IMG/VR virus record: IMGVR_UViG_3300030104_003441
Span: 2,903-66,902 of that record
DNA length: 64,000 nucleotides
Reading direction: 5' to 3' (one strand)
DNA from: a virus
Below are positions 1 through 10,166 of the stretch, piece by piece; the first letter of the stretch is position 1; each line of letters starts with the position of its first letter. A model generated the notes under the pieces. The model ran no database searches. It saw nothing but the letters and a program-made list of their open reading frames with translations, and was not told the origin of the DNA. The position numbers and the translations under genes were made by a program.

Positions 1-1
1 A

Positions 2-133
2 GACGTTACTACAACATTTGAAGACGAAAGTCGCCTTCAAAATACTTTTGATGCTTTCGACAATGTTATATTTACTGGAGAAGACTGGGGCAGTGTTACA
101 ATTAATGTGTCTAAAGCTAGACGCAGAAAATGA
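2..133 (+). CDS. 3' end of a hypothetical protein (truncated by window edge)
   Basis: Open frame from base 2 (DVTTTFEDES...KARRRK*) whose TGA overlaps the ATG at 130. Confidence 0.6.
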   Translation, partial: DVTTTFEDESRLQNTFDAFDNVIFTGEDWGSVTINVSKARRRK

Positions 134-939
134 CGTATTGCATATACCACATACCAGGTAAAAAAATTGGTGTAACAAATAACCTGGAAGAACGAGTTAC
201 ACGACAACAAGGTTATACAGAAGATGAATACGAAATACTAGATATGTCAGATGATATTTGCTACATATCTCATAGAGAGATAGAGCTACAAAAAGAATAT
301 GGTTACAGAGTAGATCATAAACTGTATAAAGATTTAAACCCTATAAAACAAGAATTAAATTCAATGAATATAAACATAACAGAACAAACAACAACATTCC
401 CATGTCCAGTGAACAAGCTTAAAGGTAGGCTTATGGATGAGATCGGTATGAGCTGGGAAACAGAGCATGGTAGGTGCTGTATTGACGTAGATTCAGTCAA
501 ATGGATTATGGACAACGTTAAACCATCTATGTATAATAAAGATAGATGCTATGTATATAACAAAGCGTTCGCTAGGTACTTTGACAACAACGCATGCTGT
601 AAGACGAACATAGGTGCGTTAAATATGAGTGGTCGTAGAACACCAGATCGTTTTGATTTAATTAGACTATGGGCTAGTGAACGAGGTTTATACGACAAAG
701 GCGATACTAAAACTCAATACTTAAAACTCATGGAAGAGGCCGGTGAGCTTGGTAGAGCTATACTTAAAAACGACCGTGATGAGTTTATAGATGCTATAGG
801 TGACATGGTTGTAGTTCTTACAAACTTAGCTGAGCTAGGAGATGTATCAATAGAAAAATGTATTGATGAGGCTTACGAAGTCATAAGCCGCCGTACGGGT
901 AAGATGGTTAATGGTACATTTGTAAAAGATACGCTATGA
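130..939 (+). CDS. GIY-YIG-like N-terminal domain fused to MazG-like NTP pyrophosphohydrolase
   Basis: N-term YCIYHIPGKKIGVT..LEERV; C-term QYLKLMEEAGEL...EFIDAIGD (MazG ExxE..ExxD pattern). Confidence 0.75.
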   Translation: MTYCIYHIPGKKIGVTNNLEERVTRQQGYTEDEYEILDMSDDICYISHREIELQKEYGYRVDHKLYKDLNPIKQELNSMNINITEQTTTFPCPVNKLKGRLMDEIGMSWETEHGRCCIDVDSVKWIMDNVKPSMYNKDRCYVYNKAFARYFDNNACCKTNIGALNMSGRRTPDRFDLIRLWASERGLYDKGDTKTQYLKLMEEAGELGRAILKNDRDEFIDAIGDMVVVLTNLAELGDVSIEKCIDEAYEVISRRTGKMVNGTFVKDTL

Positions 940-1217
940 GTGATAGAGAAATAATGAACTCTAAGTCTACTGACAAAGTTGTAACTATGAGGTTCCGTGA
1001 TCCAGTAGTACGACGCGTATGCGAAAAGTTTACACAGCGATCTGATGAAGGCTTTGCCAAGTACGGTCGTACGTTAGACGCTGAAATGCGTGGCGGACAT
1101 AAAGATCTTGATGGTTATCTTAACGATGTGCAAGAAGAACTTATGGATGCGATACTATATATACAAACAGCTCGTGAACTAATAGACACAATCGTTGGGC
1201 CGGAAGACCACGCATAA
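936..1217 (+). CDS. hypothetical phage protein, possibly all-alpha nucleotide pyrophosphatase fold
   Basis: KYGRTL...QEELMDAILY pattern; ATGA overlap with the upstream gene. Confidence 0.5.
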   Translation: MSDREIMNSKSTDKVVTMRFRDPVVRRVCEKFTQRSDEGFAKYGRTLDAEMRGGHKDLDGYLNDVQEELMDAILYIQTARELIDTIVGPEDHA

Positions 1218-1653
1218 AAGCAAGAGCAGGAAACGAGGTCCAGTAAGGTCAAAGAAGGTTACCTATGACGGCATAACCTTCGCCTCGGGTCTTGAGCGCT
1301 ATATGTATCAAGCACTAAAGAAATCTAAGATCAAAGCCGAGTACGAGCCGGAGACATTTGTTCTTCAAGACGGATTTATGTGTGACATACAGTGCTACGA
1401 GCGTCAAGCTAATGGTAAAGGCGATATGGTAAATCGTGGAGAGAAGAAAATACTACCTATTAAGTACACTCCTGATTTTATCGGTAAAGGTTTTATAATA
1501 GAAACTAAAGGTAGGGCAAACGAAAGTTTTCCTATGAGATGGAAAATGTTTAAGAAATACATTAACAAACATAATATGCCTGTAACTTTATATAAACCCC
1601 AGAATCAAAAGGAGTGCGATAAAGTTGTAGAACTAATAAAAAGCAAACAATGA
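1195..1653 (+). CDS. PD-(D/E)xK endonuclease, T7 endonuclease I-like resolvase
   Basis: FASGLE, YTPDF...IIETKG catalytic motif. Confidence 0.75.
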   Translation: MGRKTTHKSKSRKRGPVRSKKVTYDGITFASGLERYMYQALKKSKIKAEYEPETFVLQDGFMCDIQCYERQANGKGDMVNRGEKKILPIKYTPDFIGKGFIIETKGRANESFPMRWKMFKKYINKHNMPVTLYKPQNQKECDKVVELIKSKQ

Positions 1654-1802
1654 GAGAATGGGAATTAAGTGTTGGGTTTTACCCAGGAATAATCGTAGGG
1701 TTTAGATCTTACGAACAAAATGACAGGAACAATCACGTGTTGTACTTACCATTTGTAGATATATGTTTAACAGTTTTAAAAAATATAGATGAGTCAGATT
1801 AG
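1650..1802 (+). CDS. small hypothetical protein (50 aa, not in ORF track)
   Basis: MREWELSVGFYPGIIVGFRSYE...; ATGA overlap upstream, fills the gap before the RNR gene. Confidence 0.6.
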   Translation: MREWELSVGFYPGIIVGFRSYEQNDRNNHVLYLPFVDICLTVLKNIDESD

Positions 1803-3654
1803 TAGAGATATTTTATCAGATATCACGGTGCACATGAAGTATGCCAAGTATATACCTGAGCTTAACAGAAGAGAAACATGGGAAGAGCTTGTTACACGTA
1901 ACAAAGATATGCACGTTAAGAAATATCCTGAACTAACAGATCAAATAAACGAAGCTTATAAATATGTATATAATAAAAAAGTTTTACCGTCAATGCGTTC
2001 GCTACAGTTTAGTGGTAAACCTATTGAAATATCCCCGAACAGGCTGTATAATTGTAGTTACCTACCTATTGACCACGTTGATAGCTTTAGCGAAACTATG
2101 TTCTTACTTCTTTCAGGCTGTGGGGTGGGTTATTCAGTGCAGCAGCACCACGTTGGAGGATTACCACACGTCATTAGACCGTTTGAAAAACGACACAGGC
2201 GTTTTGTAATAGGTGATAGTATTGAAGGTTGGGCTGACGCAGTTAAGGTTCTTATAGAGTCTTATCTTGGCGGTCGTAGATGTTCTAAAGTAAAATTTGA
2301 TTACTCAGACATCAGACCTAAAGGTGCAAGGCTAGTGACGTCAGGGGGTAAAGCCCCTGGCCCACAGCCACTCAAAGAGTGTTTAGTTAAAGTTAAAGGT
2401 ATATTGGATGCTAAAGAAGATGGTACACAACTTACAAGTCTTGAGGTACATGATATTGTATGTCACATTGCTGATGCTGTCTTGGCTGGCGGGATTCGAC
2501 GTGCAGCACTCATATCGTTATTTAGTGCTACGGATGAAGAAATGATATCCTGTAAAGCTGGTAACTGGTGGGAGCTAAACCCACAACGCGGTAGAGCTAA
2601 TAACTCTGCTGTGTTAATGAGACACAAGGTTACTAAGCAGTTCTTTATGGAGCTATGGAAACGTGTTGAAGCATCAGGTGCTGGTGAGCCAGGTATATAT
2701 CTAAACAACGATAAGGACTGGGGAACAAACCCGTGTTGCGAGATTGCTCTTCGTCCTTATCAGTTCTGTAACCTATGTGAGGTTAACGTATCAGATATAG
2801 CTGATCAAGATGATCTTAACGCTAGAGTTAAAGTTGCAGCCTTCATAGGCACGTTACAAGCAGGTTATACAGACTTTCATTATCTAAGAGAAATATGGAA
2901 AGATACAACAGAGAAAGACGCTTTGATAGGTGTGTCAATGACAGGGATCGGCAGTGCATCTGTTCTGCAAATGGATATGAAGGACTCTGCAAGTATCGTA
3001 AAGAAGGAAAACATAAGGGTAGCAAAGCTAATAGGTATAAACAAAGCCGCGCGTACAACTTGTGTTAAGCCTGCAGGTACTACATCACTAGTGCTAGGTA
3101 CATCATCTGGTATACATGCTTGGCATAACAAGCATTACGTACGTAGACTACGAGTTGGTAAGAACGAAGCAATTTATTCTTATCTAGTTAAAAACCACCC
3201 TGAGTTAATCGAAGATGAATACTTCAGACCTCATGATACAGCCGTGATCAGTGTGCCGCAAGCGGCGCCACAAGGTTGCATTGTAAGAACTGAGTCTGCG
3301 TTTGACTTACTTGAAAGAGTTAAAAAGGTTTCAACCGAGTGGGTTGCACCTGGTCATAGGTCTGGTTCAAACACTCACAATGTTTCTGCTACTATTAGTT
3401 TGAAAGAAAACGAATGGGATGAAGCTGGTGAGTGGATGTGGAAGAACAGAAAATACTATAACGGTTTATCTGTTTTACCATATAACGGTGGTACATATAC
3501 TCAAGCTCCGTTTGAGGACATTACTAAAACTAAATTTAATGAAATGGTTAAGTCTCTAAATGATGTTGACTTATCAAACGTAATGGAGTTAGAGGATAAT
3601 ACAGATCTCTCTGGCGAGCTAGCTTGCTCAGGCGGATCGTGTGAGGTTACATAA
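1789..3654 (+). CDS. nrdJ: class II (adenosylcobalamin-dependent) ribonucleotide reductase
   Basis: VLPSMRSL, NC, GGIRRAALI, TNPCCEI, CNLCEV, CVKPAGT motifs; C-terminal CSGGSCE redox tail; no beta subunit nearby. Confidence 0.9.
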   Translation: MSQISRDILSDITVHMKYAKYIPELNRRETWEELVTRNKDMHVKKYPELTDQINEAYKYVYNKKVLPSMRSLQFSGKPIEISPNRLYNCSYLPIDHVDSFSETMFLLLSGCGVGYSVQQHHVGGLPHVIRPFEKRHRRFVIGDSIEGWADAVKVLIESYLGGRRCSKVKFDYSDIRPKGARLVTSGGKAPGPQPLKECLVKVKGILDAKEDGTQLTSLEVHDIVCHIADAVLAGGIRRAALISLFSATDEEMISCKAGNWWELNPQRGRANNSAVLMRHKVTKQFFMELWKRVEASGAGEPGIYLNNDKDWGTNPCCEIALRPYQFCNLCEVNVSDIADQDDLNARVKVAAFIGTLQAGYTDFHYLREIWKDTTEKDALIGVSMTGIGSASVLQMDMKDSASIVKKENIRVAKLIGINKAARTTCVKPAGTTSLVLGTSSGIHAWHNKHYVRRLRVGKNEAIYSYLVKNHPELIEDEYFRPHDTAVISVPQAAPQGCIVRTESAFDLLERVKKVSTEWVAPGHRSGSNTHNVSATISLKENEWDEAGEWMWKNRKYYNGLSVLPYNGGTYTQAPFEDITKTKFNEMVKSLNDVDLSNVMELEDNTDLSGELACSGGSCEVT

Positions 3655-3674
3655 TCTAAAACCACCGGAAACAG

Positions 3675-3706
3675 AAAAGGGGAACTTAACGGTTCCCCTT
3701 TTTTTT
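3675..3706. terminator. bidirectional intrinsic terminator
   Basis: AAAAGGGGAAC-TTAACG-GTTCCCCTTTTTTTT between convergent gene blocks. Confidence 0.85.
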
Positions 3707-3752
3707 ACTTACACCAGCCGCAGCCGATGCATATTGGACATATGTGTTTCAT
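3705..3752 (-). CDS. 15-aa four-cysteine micropeptide MKHICPICIGCGWCK
   Basis: ATG preceded by an A-rich leader (AAACTAAATAAAACC); TAA at the terminator; last ORF of the late operon. Confidence 0.5.
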   Translation of the reverse strand: MKHICPICIGCGWCK

Positions 3753-3770
3753 GGTTTTATTTAGTTTTAA

Positions 3771-4256
3771 TTATGCTACAACTGATGCTATAAATACCTC
3801 TATTTTACAAGCGGCAGCTAATGGATCTACTATAATAGATTCTAGATTAACTAAACTAGAAAGAGCGGTTATAGGTGTTGCAGCATCTGAGTTAACAACT
3901 ATGCCATCACTTGGAGAGCCCATGATAAAGCTTTTTCCAGCTTCAAGTAATATTGCGCCTTGATCAGCTGCCGCAGAGTCGTTTTCAGCTGTGTCTATTT
4001 GTAAATCTAATATAACAGAGTTAGAAGCCTCTAGATTTGTTACTCTAATATACTTAACGTTTTCAACGTCCATAGACGCGTCTGAAGTGCCAGTCGTAGC
4101 GTGGAACGTAGCCACTGTAACAGGTACACCAGAAGGCACAGTTATTATTCTGTGATATACGTCATCAACGCCTGATACCGTTAATGTGTTTGTAGAGCCT
4201 CGTGCCGAACCGTTAAGCGTCACCGCCTCTGTTAATGTTACTACTAAATCAGCCAT
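3771..4256 (-). CDS. putative virion structural/decoration protein
   Basis: Beta-rich Ala/Thr/Val composition; VKYIRVTNL motif resembles 4725-5027 and 52931-53356. Confidence 0.5.
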   Translation of the reverse strand: MADLVVTLTEAVTLNGSARGSTNTLTVSGVDDVYHRIITVPSGVPVTVATFHATTGTSDASMDVENVKYIRVTNLEASNSVILDLQIDTAENDSAAADQGAILLEAGKSFIMGSPSDGIVVNSDAATPITALSSLVNLESIIVDPLAAACKIEVFIASVVA

Positions 4257-4263
4257 AATTTCT

Positions 4264-4725
4264 TTATATTACTTTATATTTTGTTTTACCGTTTTCTTTA
4301 TATGCTTTTAAACAACGATGCCTATTTTCGTCCTCAGATACATAACTAACATGTACCCAAGCTGGGTTTTTGTCATCTCCAAACTCCCATATCATCTGAT
4401 CGTAATCTAAGTGATAACGCATCCACTGAAACATAGCCGCATTACTTCTATGTCCATATGTATCATCAAGATCAATAGCCTGACCTTTGCAGTGTTGTGA
4501 TTTTTTGCTACCACCAATAGCTACGTTAAGCTCAGGTGATCTATAAAAACTATTAATCTTGATAGGTCCACCAACATGCTCTCGCAGTGGTTCAAATACC
4601 TTTTCAGCTATAAGCTTCATGTTCTCTAACTCTTCTACGTCTGGTATATTTTCAATACCTCTACGCAAAGCTGTATTGCTACGTGTTGCTTCTTTATAGC
4701 TTATGTGTTTACTTATATTATCCAT
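4264..4725 (-). CDS. peptidase M15A family endolysin
   Basis: INSFYRSPELNVAIGGSKKSQHCKGQAID...WVHVSY zinc-binding motifs. Confidence 0.85.
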   Translation of the reverse strand: MDNISKHISYKEATRSNTALRRGIENIPDVEELENMKLIAEKVFEPLREHVGGPIKINSFYRSPELNVAIGGSKKSQHCKGQAIDLDDTYGHRSNAAMFQWMRYHLDYDQMIWEFGDDKNPAWVHVSYVSEDENRHRCLKAYKENGKTKYKVI

Positions 4726-5027
4726 TATTGTATAATTACAGACAAAGGTGCAGATGTACTTAAACCTCCAGCTGATGTTGTTATTTTTAACGTAAAAGAA
4801 TTTCTTGAATATGACAAACCCTCTGTTAAAAGTAAGCTAGTACTACCAGGTATATCAGTTTTAGCTATATAGAACTTGTTAGAAGACGAGTCTTCAACAA
4901 ACAGATCTATTGTTACTAAAGTGCTAGCGTGAGTATTAGTTAAACGTATAGATTTAACAGACCCAGCGTTACTGTGTATATTTCTTAACGTAGTTGTTGT
5001 CGCACTTGTTATATTAAATGTCTGCAT
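4725..5027 (-). CDS. small putative virion protein
   Basis: Beta-rich, VKSIRLTN motif, lies in the tail-fibre cluster. Confidence 0.45.
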   Translation of the reverse strand: MQTFNITSATTTTLRNIHSNAGSVKSIRLTNTHASTLVTIDLFVEDSSSNKFYIAKTDIPGSTSLLLTEGLSYSRNSFTLKITTSAGGLSTSAPLSVIIQ

Positions 5028-5653
5028 TATAGTAGTGGTATCATTCCTGTTTTAGTTAAAGTAGTATTACCACCTTTACTTATGGTAGTTTCTACTACTG
5101 TTACAGGTATTTTATAAGTTGTACCTTTGTTAGTTGTTGTGGCGGTAAGCTCACCAAAAGTTATAGCAGTTGATTTACTTAGGTTAGCTTGATTTGCAAC
5201 ATTAAGTTTAGCGTTGTGAGCTGTGCTTCTTGTTATTTCTCTAGCCTGCAAAGAAGATATAGTTGTAGTATCACCTGCTAAAGCCGTAGATCTAGTAGTA
5301 CCTAAAGTCATACTTGTCTTAGCTGTATTAGCCGTGATCGCGTTTGCTTGAGCTGTTGATATAGTTGTCGTGTCACCAGCTAACGCTGTGCTACCAGATG
5401 TACCAAGAGTCATACTAACTTTATCTTTGTTAGTAGTTATTATACCTCTAAGATAATCAAGCTCATCTTGCATCTGTTGTAGTTGAAATATCAATGGACC
5501 AAATTCTGGGTGCGTCAAGTACCACTCACAGCCTTCGGCTCTATCTAAATCCCAAATTGCCTCAGCTGTTGTTAAGTTACCTGATTTAGCTTTGTTATCA
5601 CCACTGCCAGTAGTAGCATAAAATTCCTCGTATCTTTTGTTGTTTAATGCCAT
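5027..5653 (-). CDS. putative fibre-associated protein with internal repeat
   Basis: Coiled coil plus duplicated SMTLGTxxSTALAGDTTTIS unit. Confidence 0.5.
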   Translation of the reverse strand: MALNNKRYEEFYATTGSGDNKAKSGNLTTAEAIWDLDRAEGCEWYLTHPEFGPLIFQLQQMQDELDYLRGIITTNKDKVSMTLGTSGSTALAGDTTTISTAQANAITANTAKTSMTLGTTRSTALAGDTTTISSLQAREITRSTAHNAKLNVANQANLSKSTAITFGELTATTTNKGTTYKIPVTVVETTISKGGNTTLTKTGMIPLL

Positions 5654-5662
5654 GTTGTTTGG

Positions 5663-7495
5663 TTAAGATAAATCTAAAATATAGTAGCTAAGGACTACGT
5701 CTATCGATGTAAAACAGTTGTTAGTGCAACCGCCCGCAAAAAACGTAGCTTCCACTTTCTTGTTAACAGCGTCAGTAAGTACCGTAGATGTTACGAGTCG
5801 ATAGCTATTAAGGTTATGTAACTGGTCGGTTGTTATATTATACATGAACCTACGGTAGTATAGCGCAGAGTAGGGTTCTGTAAAACCATCATAACCAAAA
5901 CCAAGAGTGGATACCGCGGTGTTAGTCGCCGCTCTGTCTGCAAAAACGTAATTACCCATAGCGCCTAGTATTATGACTTTATCAGCTCCTGGCGCAGGTA
6001 TTATTTCAATAGGTGTGGTGTGTAGTGAGTTAGCTTCAGCTTGAGTTATAGTTCGCCTAGCCACTTTCCAAGCAATATCAGTTTGAGCTCCACTAGCAAC
6101 GGAAACAGTGCTGCTAGCTCCACCACCCGAGGCCGCCCAAGTTAAGGTGCCTGATCCGTTTGTTTGTAAAAAATCGCTGGCGTTACCATCAGCGGCAGGT
6201 AGCTGCCAAGCTATATTAGAACCTATAGCAGCAGGTGCTATGAAGCCTACATAACTAACCCCGTTGTCAGTACCTTCCTGTAGAAGTAGTCTACCGCCTG
6301 TAGTAGTACTTGTTGCAGCTGCCGTGATTGTACCTCCTGAAGCCGTAAAAGTACCAGACGAAACAACGGCTGCATTAGATCCGGCTCCAATAGTCACATC
6401 GACTTCTCCACTTGCGTTTCCATCTTTAAGAGTAAGACCAGTTGTTGAAGCACCGTTGTGAGATGCTACGTCAAACAATAACTTACCGCCTTCATTACCA
6501 GCGCTTGCATCACTTATTTTACTTTGTATTAAACCGTATTGAGTAGCCGTACCACCATCGTTGTTACCACGAAACATTACAGACCCAATTACGTGGTCGT
6601 CAGCCCCAGTATCACTGTTTGTAAAAGTGAACAACGGGCCAGTAGCGTCGCTAGTAGTGTTGTTAAGGGTGAATCTTGGCGAAGCTGATACAGAAGAAGT
6701 AAAAGTATAATTTTTAGCATCACCTGTAACATCACCACCAGCAGCTTCTAAAGCTATGTCACCAGCAGCATCTAAAACTATATGGCCACTACCACCTGTT
6801 TCTATTTCTATATTACCAGCAGTAGTTATTTTATCACCATCAATATCTAAATCACCGGCTATAGTAGTTGTTGAAGCAGTGCCATACGCAAGATTTACAT
6901 TTACAAAATCGTTAGTACCTTCACCTCTAGCGTAAAAAGCGTCTCGTAAATTATATGTGGTACCGTTGCTTGCGGCAACTCTTATCGTGAAATTACCTGC
7001 TTCATCAGTAGCTGTAGCAGATCCTATTTCAGCAAGTATGTCCGCAAAAGTTATCCTACTCGGAAAGGGTGAAGCAGCGTTGTTTCCCTCAAATCTTATG
7101 CGACCTAGATCGTCGCTAACCTGACCAGGCTGGTTCAAGAATGTGGACGTTCTTGATTTAATAAACTGAAGTTCCGCAGGATTAGCAGAATCTACTAGAT
7201 TACTTATCTTTAAACCAGAGTTTAAAAAAGAGGTGCCTGGATCTGAATAAATATTAAGATCCAACTCTCCCACATCACCCCTATAGTTTAAAAACGACAT
7301 TTGATCACCAGCGTTACCTAATCTAAATCTAGTAACACCACCGCCTTCATCGTCGTCCATGCTAACAAAAACATTGCCATCTGATTTCAAATTTAAGCTA
7401 CCACCTTCCTTTGATCTTATAGACTCGTGGAACCTAGCATCTTGCCTAAACCTAGCTATGAAGTCAAATATATGTTGGCCTATCCACTTAATCAT
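5663..7495 (-). CDS. tail fibre / receptor-binding protein (start likely 7495, not 7564)
   Basis: Gly/Ala/Thr/Ser-rich; LPAADG..LQTNGSGTLTW fibre motif; ATG at 7495 overlaps the upstream TGA. Confidence 0.7.
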   Translation of the reverse strand: MIKWIGQHIFDFIARFRQDARFHESIRSKEGGSLNLKSDGNVFVSMDDDEGGGVTRFRLGNAGDQMSFLNYRGDVGELDLNIYSDPGTSFLNSGLKISNLVDSANPAELQFIKSRTSTFLNQPGQVSDDLGRIRFEGNNAASPFPSRITFADILAEIGSATATDEAGNFTIRVAASNGTTYNLRDAFYARGEGTNDFVNVNLAYGTASTTTIAGDLDIDGDKITTAGNIEIETGGSGHIVLDAAGDIALEAAGGDVTGDAKNYTFTSSVSASPRFTLNNTTSDATGPLFTFTNSDTGADDHVIGSVMFRGNNDGGTATQYGLIQSKISDASAGNEGGKLLFDVASHNGASTTGLTLKDGNASGEVDVTIGAGSNAAVVSSGTFTASGGTITAAATSTTTGGRLLLQEGTDNGVSYVGFIAPAAIGSNIAWQLPAADGNASDFLQTNGSGTLTWAASGGGASSTVSVASGAQTDIAWKVARRTITQAEANSLHTTPIEIIPAPGADKVIILGAMGNYVFADRAATNTAVSTLGFGYDGFTEPYSALYYRRFMYNITTDQLHNLNSYRLVTSTVLTDAVNKKVEATFFAGGCTNNCFTSIDVVLSYYILDLS

Positions 7496-9789
7496 TTGAT
7501 AATCTTCTTGACAACAACGCGACCGTTCCAAACAATGCGTACCATATACATTCCTGGAGGCCATAAGGACGCATCTATCGCGTTCGTATTTGTTTTAGAT
7601 AATATGGTACGTCCATTCGAATCGATCACGTCTATGTCAACTTTTTGATTTATGTTTAACACATTACCAACTGGGTTTGGATAGACAGCTAAGTCGTCAC
7701 CAGCAAGTATAGATTCTATACCTGTAGCTTCACAGTAGTTATAAGTCTCTTGACAAGTGTTATCCCAACCTTCATCACAGCAATATGGATCAGCTTGTAT
7801 TACCCAAGCATAACACATATCGTTGAGCCAGTAAGGATTACCAGGACCTGTAACACAGTCAGCCGCATATAAGCAGTTGCTAGCAGCTTCATTTGCTAGT
7901 TCGTTATAGTTGTATGCAGCTGGGTCCATACAGTCAATGATTACTTCTTCACACGAACCGTTGTCAGTATTAGCCAGCGGATCATAATTAAAGGCGTTGC
8001 TATCAGTACAGCCATAAATGTAAGCGATACAACTACCGTCTTCAGCATTAGCTTCCGGATCATAGTTAAACATTGTTGCGTCTGTGCAACCGTAGATGAA
8101 AGGTATACAGCTATCATCATCGGTGTTAGCAGCCGAGTTATAGTTAAAAGCAAGTGGGTTCGTACAGCCTAATACCACAGGTATACAACCTTCGTTATCT
8201 ACATTTGCTTCTGGATTATAATTGTAAGCTGTATTATCCATGCAGCCGAATACTGCAAGAGTATCACAGCTACCATTATCAAAATCAGCTTCGTATCCTT
8301 GAGTGTAATATTCTAAGTAACCTGCTTGAGTACAACCAGCTTGATAGTAGCAGCTACCATCTTCTGTGTTTACGTCAGCGTTATAGTTCTGCGCCATCAT
8401 GTCTGTACATCCATAAGTAAACGGCTCACAGCTATCACCGCAGTAAGGCTCAAAGCTATATGTTGGCCAGCTAGGTGCTTTAAAAGGTTGTAATGCACCT
8501 TGTCCGTTGTTAAAGAAAGGATTTGTACCTTCAGATAATAACGTATCACCTGCTGCATTAGTAATAAGTACAGAGTTATGTAATGTTTGAAAAGCTAGTT
8601 CTTGAGCTGACTGTTGAGCGTTACCTTGTTGAAAGTAATATAACTTAACCTCTTCGTCAGAGTCTAAGTTAATAACCCATGACTCTGAGAATGAACCAGG
8701 TCCCATAGTGAATAACCATTGCTGATCACCTTGAACCATACCTAGCTTTGAGTTACCCCAGCCATCACCTCCGTCGTCTTCTATAACAATGTTTATAGCG
8801 CAAGGGCTATTATTGTCTGATATAGTAGCTAAGCTATCGTAGTTAAAAGACTCTGGGTCTAAACAACCCCATGTGTGTAGCGTTTGACATGTGTCTTGAA
8901 CTGTAGCCAATGGATCGTAGTCTACGTAGTCGTCATCCATACAGCCAACTACATCAGGCGCTGGTGGACAAGGCTCAGTAAATATAGGTCCAGAGTATTC
9001 CGTGTTACCTTCAAACTCGCTAAACGCTAGATCTTCTAACTCCCATATAACACTGTCGCAAGCTGTGATAACACACGCTCCATCTTGACCTCCTGATTCA
9101 GAGCCGTTAATACCATCACCGAACTCGTCTATTAGTACTAGCTCAAAACCTAACGCTACACAGAAGTCATATGTGTAAGTAACTAACTGATCGCCAAAGT
9201 CAAACTCACCAGGTATAACCTGTTCGTATAACTGACCATTAGATAAGTTAACTATATTAAAACCAGTTTCGCCAGGCCACGTGTCAAGAGTCAACTGCAT
9301 AGACACTAGCGTTTCAAGAGAGTCGCACTCAAGCAACTCGCAGCTACCGTTATCTAACGTAGCCCAAGGGTTGTAGTTCTGCGCTGTTTCATTTGTGCAT
9401 CCAAGTAATACAGGTAAGCACGGGTTAAGAGTAAAAGCAACCGTGTCTGTTGCGCTAGCAAACTCATAGTTAGCTGTATCTAATCCACAAGCATTGTGTA
9501 GCCTGTAAAAACCTTCGCCAAACTGACAACATATACCATCTCCAAAGGCGTCCATCATTACAAACTGGTAATCACCAGCAGGTAAAAATTTTGTTACAGT
9601 TAATAAGCTATTGTCCTGATATGGAGGATTAACAGCGACAACTTCTTCGTCTTCGTTTAATATATTCCACGAAGTTTCAGCAGCGTACTCGTCTGTCTGC
9701 ACAGTAATATCTAACCAACTACCTTGCCCTAATACTGCGCTAGCTAATAACCAAAATAGTATTACAAATATGTATCCTAACTTCTTCAT
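7492..9789 (-). CDS. secreted Cys/Asp-rich repeat protein with type IX secretion C-terminal sorting domain
   Basis: Signal peptide MKKLGYIFVILFWLLASAVLG; many GCTDxxAxNYxxxAxxDxGSC repeats; C-term VYPNPV...GMYMVRI...KKIIK typical of T9SS type A CTD. Confidence 0.85.
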   Translation of the reverse strand: MKKLGYIFVILFWLLASAVLGQGSWLDITVQTDEYAAETSWNILNEDEEVVAVNPPYQDNSLLTVTKFLPAGDYQFVMMDAFGDGICCQFGEGFYRLHNACGLDTANYEFASATDTVAFTLNPCLPVLLGCTNETAQNYNPWATLDNGSCELLECDSLETLVSMQLTLDTWPGETGFNIVNLSNGQLYEQVIPGEFDFGDQLVTYTYDFCVALGFELVLIDEFGDGINGSESGGQDGACVITACDSVIWELEDLAFSEFEGNTEYSGPIFTEPCPPAPDVVGCMDDDYVDYDPLATVQDTCQTLHTWGCLDPESFNYDSLATISDNNSPCAINIVIEDDGGDGWGNSKLGMVQGDQQWLFTMGPGSFSESWVINLDSDEEVKLYYFQQGNAQQSAQELAFQTLHNSVLITNAAGDTLLSEGTNPFFNNGQGALQPFKAPSWPTYSFEPYCGDSCEPFTYGCTDMMAQNYNADVNTEDGSCYYQAGCTQAGYLEYYTQGYEADFDNGSCDTLAVFGCMDNTAYNYNPEANVDNEGCIPVVLGCTNPLAFNYNSAANTDDDSCIPFIYGCTDATMFNYDPEANAEDGSCIAYIYGCTDSNAFNYDPLANTDNGSCEEVIIDCMDPAAYNYNELANEAASNCLYAADCVTGPGNPYWLNDMCYAWVIQADPYCCDEGWDNTCQETYNYCEATGIESILAGDDLAVYPNPVGNVLNINQKVDIDVIDSNGRTILSKTNTNAIDASLWPPGMYMVRIVWNGRVVVKKIIK

Positions 9790-10164
9790 TTAAAAATCAC
9801 TATATATTATTTCATCAATCACCCCTTGCACGTCTTTCTTTGTAGCCTCCATCTCCATCATTATGTTAGCCTGAAACCTCTCAACTTCTTTGCCGTTAAA
9901 CACTATGATCGTAGGTACTACAACTATTTTGTAATCAGTTTGATAGCTACCTTCGTCAATGTTAATGTTCATAACATCACAGTCTGTAAGCTTCTCTAAG
10001 TAGTCAACGTTATTACTAGCGTTCCAACTAGCATTAAATTGCACAACGCAGATATCACTACCGCATAAGTTTTGTGCGTTAGCGGCTATTCCACCAACAA
10101 GCATGATAACTAATAACAACGCGTACACTAACGTGGTTCTCCAGTTCATTGTATCTGTTTCCAT
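9790..10164 (-). CDS. exported thioredoxin-fold protein lacking CxxC
   Basis: Signal peptide; VVQFNASWN in place of FxAxWCxxC; cis-Pro motif VVPTIIVF.GKEV.R. Confidence 0.7.
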   Translation of the reverse strand: METDTMNWRTTLVYALLLVIMLVGGIAANAQNLCGSDICVVQFNASWNASNNVDYLEKLTDCDVMNINIDEGSYQTDYKIVVVPTIIVFNGKEVERFQANIMMEMEATKKDVQGVIDEIIYSDF

Positions 10165-10166
10165 GG

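Noticed and set aside
5255-5425. Direct repeat in the 208-aa gene
   Set aside because: Simple in-frame duplication of a fibre-type peptide unit; no DGR-like adenine-specific pattern or RT seen
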